DNA of 63,940 bases, filler included, from Sphacelaria rigidula (Eukaryota), in NCBI GenBank assembly GCA_964200075.2. It is 9 parts of 9 records of this genome, joined end to end, with 100 filler letters (N's around TTAATTAATTAA, not from the genome) between each part and the next. Parts side by side here need not be neighbours in the genome. Positions count along the whole stretch, not along the records: positions 56,927 to 63,940 come from CAXNAA020016947.1; 8 more parts are not named here. The stretch is one strand, 5' to 3'. The number at the start of each line of letters is the position of its first letter. Position 1 is the stretch's first letter. Positions 62,601-63,940 of this stretch are shown in pieces. The notes under the pieces are model-generated. The model ran no database searches and was not told the origin of the DNA. It was given only the letters and a program-made list of their open reading frames with translations. Position numbers and translations under genes: made by a program.

Positions 62601-63494
62601 CGTGGCAAGGTACACAACGAGCTCCAGCACCATCCTCATAACTGGCACCCTGTAGTAGTCGTTAGGCCTACCGACCAGCCCTGCGGCAATGAACTGTGCC
62701 CCGGGAAGAAGGGTAAGGTTATGCCTGGAAGCATCCGCCCCCTGCAAGCGCTTAAGACCGAATACCTTGCCATTGAGCGTCTCATAATCGAGAACGAGGC
62801 CTTTATCTACAAGGTCCAGCAATTCCCCTTCGCCGTTCAGAACATCGCCGGTGTCCCGCAGGTCAGGCAAGCCCTGCGTGAATGTGCGGGAGAGAAAGTC
62901 CACTACCAGTGGCGTTGTGCAAAACGTTTCCATTTGCTTCCGCTCCCGGAGTGCCATGCCCAGAGGTCCATATCTCGTAGGGTTCGCCCCCGATCCCTCG
63001 GGTTCAAACACACCAGACAGCCATTTCAAGCCGAATCTCTTGTGTTCAAAATAAAAATATCTCACATTTTTCGCCAGGATTTTGGACAAGAGATCATCAA
63101 AGCCACGGACTGTTTGCGGTAGCCGCTCCAGTAGTTCGAGCAAAAGAGCATCCACGCTGCTCTGCAGGGACTCGATTTTCCTGCGCTCTCCCTCGGGAGC
63201 TTGCCCCGCGGCACCGGTAAGTTGCACCGACAGGTTCATGCCGGGGATAAACGGGTTCCTGGCGGATGTCACAGCACCCAAGTAGGCTTCTTTTAACCAT
63301 TCGAGTGAAATATTACGAGACAGATCTACAAGGAAGGATGGCTCCGGTCGAGCGCCATGCTCCAAGAGGCTGGATAATATATGCATGGCGTCATATTTCC
63401 TCTTCATGTGCCGGTCTTGCATTACTCGCTTCCCCGCTTCGGCCCAAGCCGTCAAGCCAGCGTCCAACGCCTCGGCCATCTGGCTTTGAGCGAT
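59615..63494 (-). CDS. TRP-family cation channel, 3' part (exons 63494-62517, 62129-61893, 60793-59615)
   Basis: S1-S6 helices, YSQDVWNSVDL (S3), RILFFAQMLRFQGPMIQ|VIFSM (S4-S5 linker), LFKVMLGD pore, VLLNLLIAVLS (S6), EREFKVSKARLI and LLPAPFNLL (TRP-box region), C-terminal coiled coil; all exons phase 0. Confidence 0.9.
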
Positions 63495-63940
63495 CTGAAA
63501 CAAAAACAAAACGCAAGTTAGTGTCTCGCGACAACCGTCAATGAAATGATGTCATGTGCGACAACAAAGTTGCGCTACATGAACTCGTGAAGGTTAACTT
63601 TGAAAGTAGGATTGTTTTGCTTGAAAACTCACGTTCGAAGTGGAAGATGCAAGTTAAGCTTTCACCATCTTTCAATAAACCCTGCGACTTCCAAGTCGAA
63701 TTTTGAAGTGAAGTCTCGGCTTCTATATCGAACGTTAACTCACAGCTTCGGCTTTCACTTTCAACTTGAACGCGGCCGTTCAGATCGAAGTTTCAAGCTA
63801 AACCTTGGAACAATGGTGAAGCTTGAAGCTAATCCTTTCATTCAAATTGAGGCTTGAACCTGAAGTACCCATACTCAACACGGAACGTTCAAGGTCGCGA
63901 GATTCGACTTGAACCTCACATTTGAACTCGATGAAGATTT

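Noticed and set aside
59766..63122. Plus-strand ORFs 59766..60440 and 62409..63122
   Set aside because: Antisense shadows of the TRP exons
32817..63494. Functional cluster of MFS, PHD and TRP genes
   Set aside because: The genes lie on different contigs joined artificially

Overview
Eukaryotic, repeat-rich DNA of about 50% GC with long introns and GTGAGT/GTGCGT donors. It most resembles a brown alga (Phaeophyceae, stramenopile); that assignment is inference. The window is not one locus. It is nine contigs of 7017, 7017, 7016, 7016, 7015, 7015, 7015, 7015 and 7014 bp, sorted by length and joined by artificial 100-bp N44-TTAATTAATTAA-N44 linkers, so neighbourhood across linkers means nothing. 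Three partial spliced host genes can be rebuilt by hand on the minus strand: an MFSD8-like MFS transporter (last 3 exons), a triple-PHD-finger protein (6 exons, mostly missed by the ORF track) and a TRP-family cation channel (3 large exons, one GC-AG intron). The rest is mostly transposon debris: a decayed Ty3/Gypsy gag-pol, a Gypsy integrase with chromo- and Tudor-like C-terminal modules, two Ty1/Copia relics (one with a MITE nested in its RT), a LINE RT fragment, a tRNA-like SINE and several MITE families. The most unusual structures are in contig 3: an inverted-plus-tandem triplication of a 279-bp unit that is open on both strands, a degenerate ~93-bp repeat array with a 372-bp higher-order period, and a chain of piggyBac-like mini-elements sharing TTAA sites. 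I cannot demonstrate a complete novel biological system from the sequence alone.
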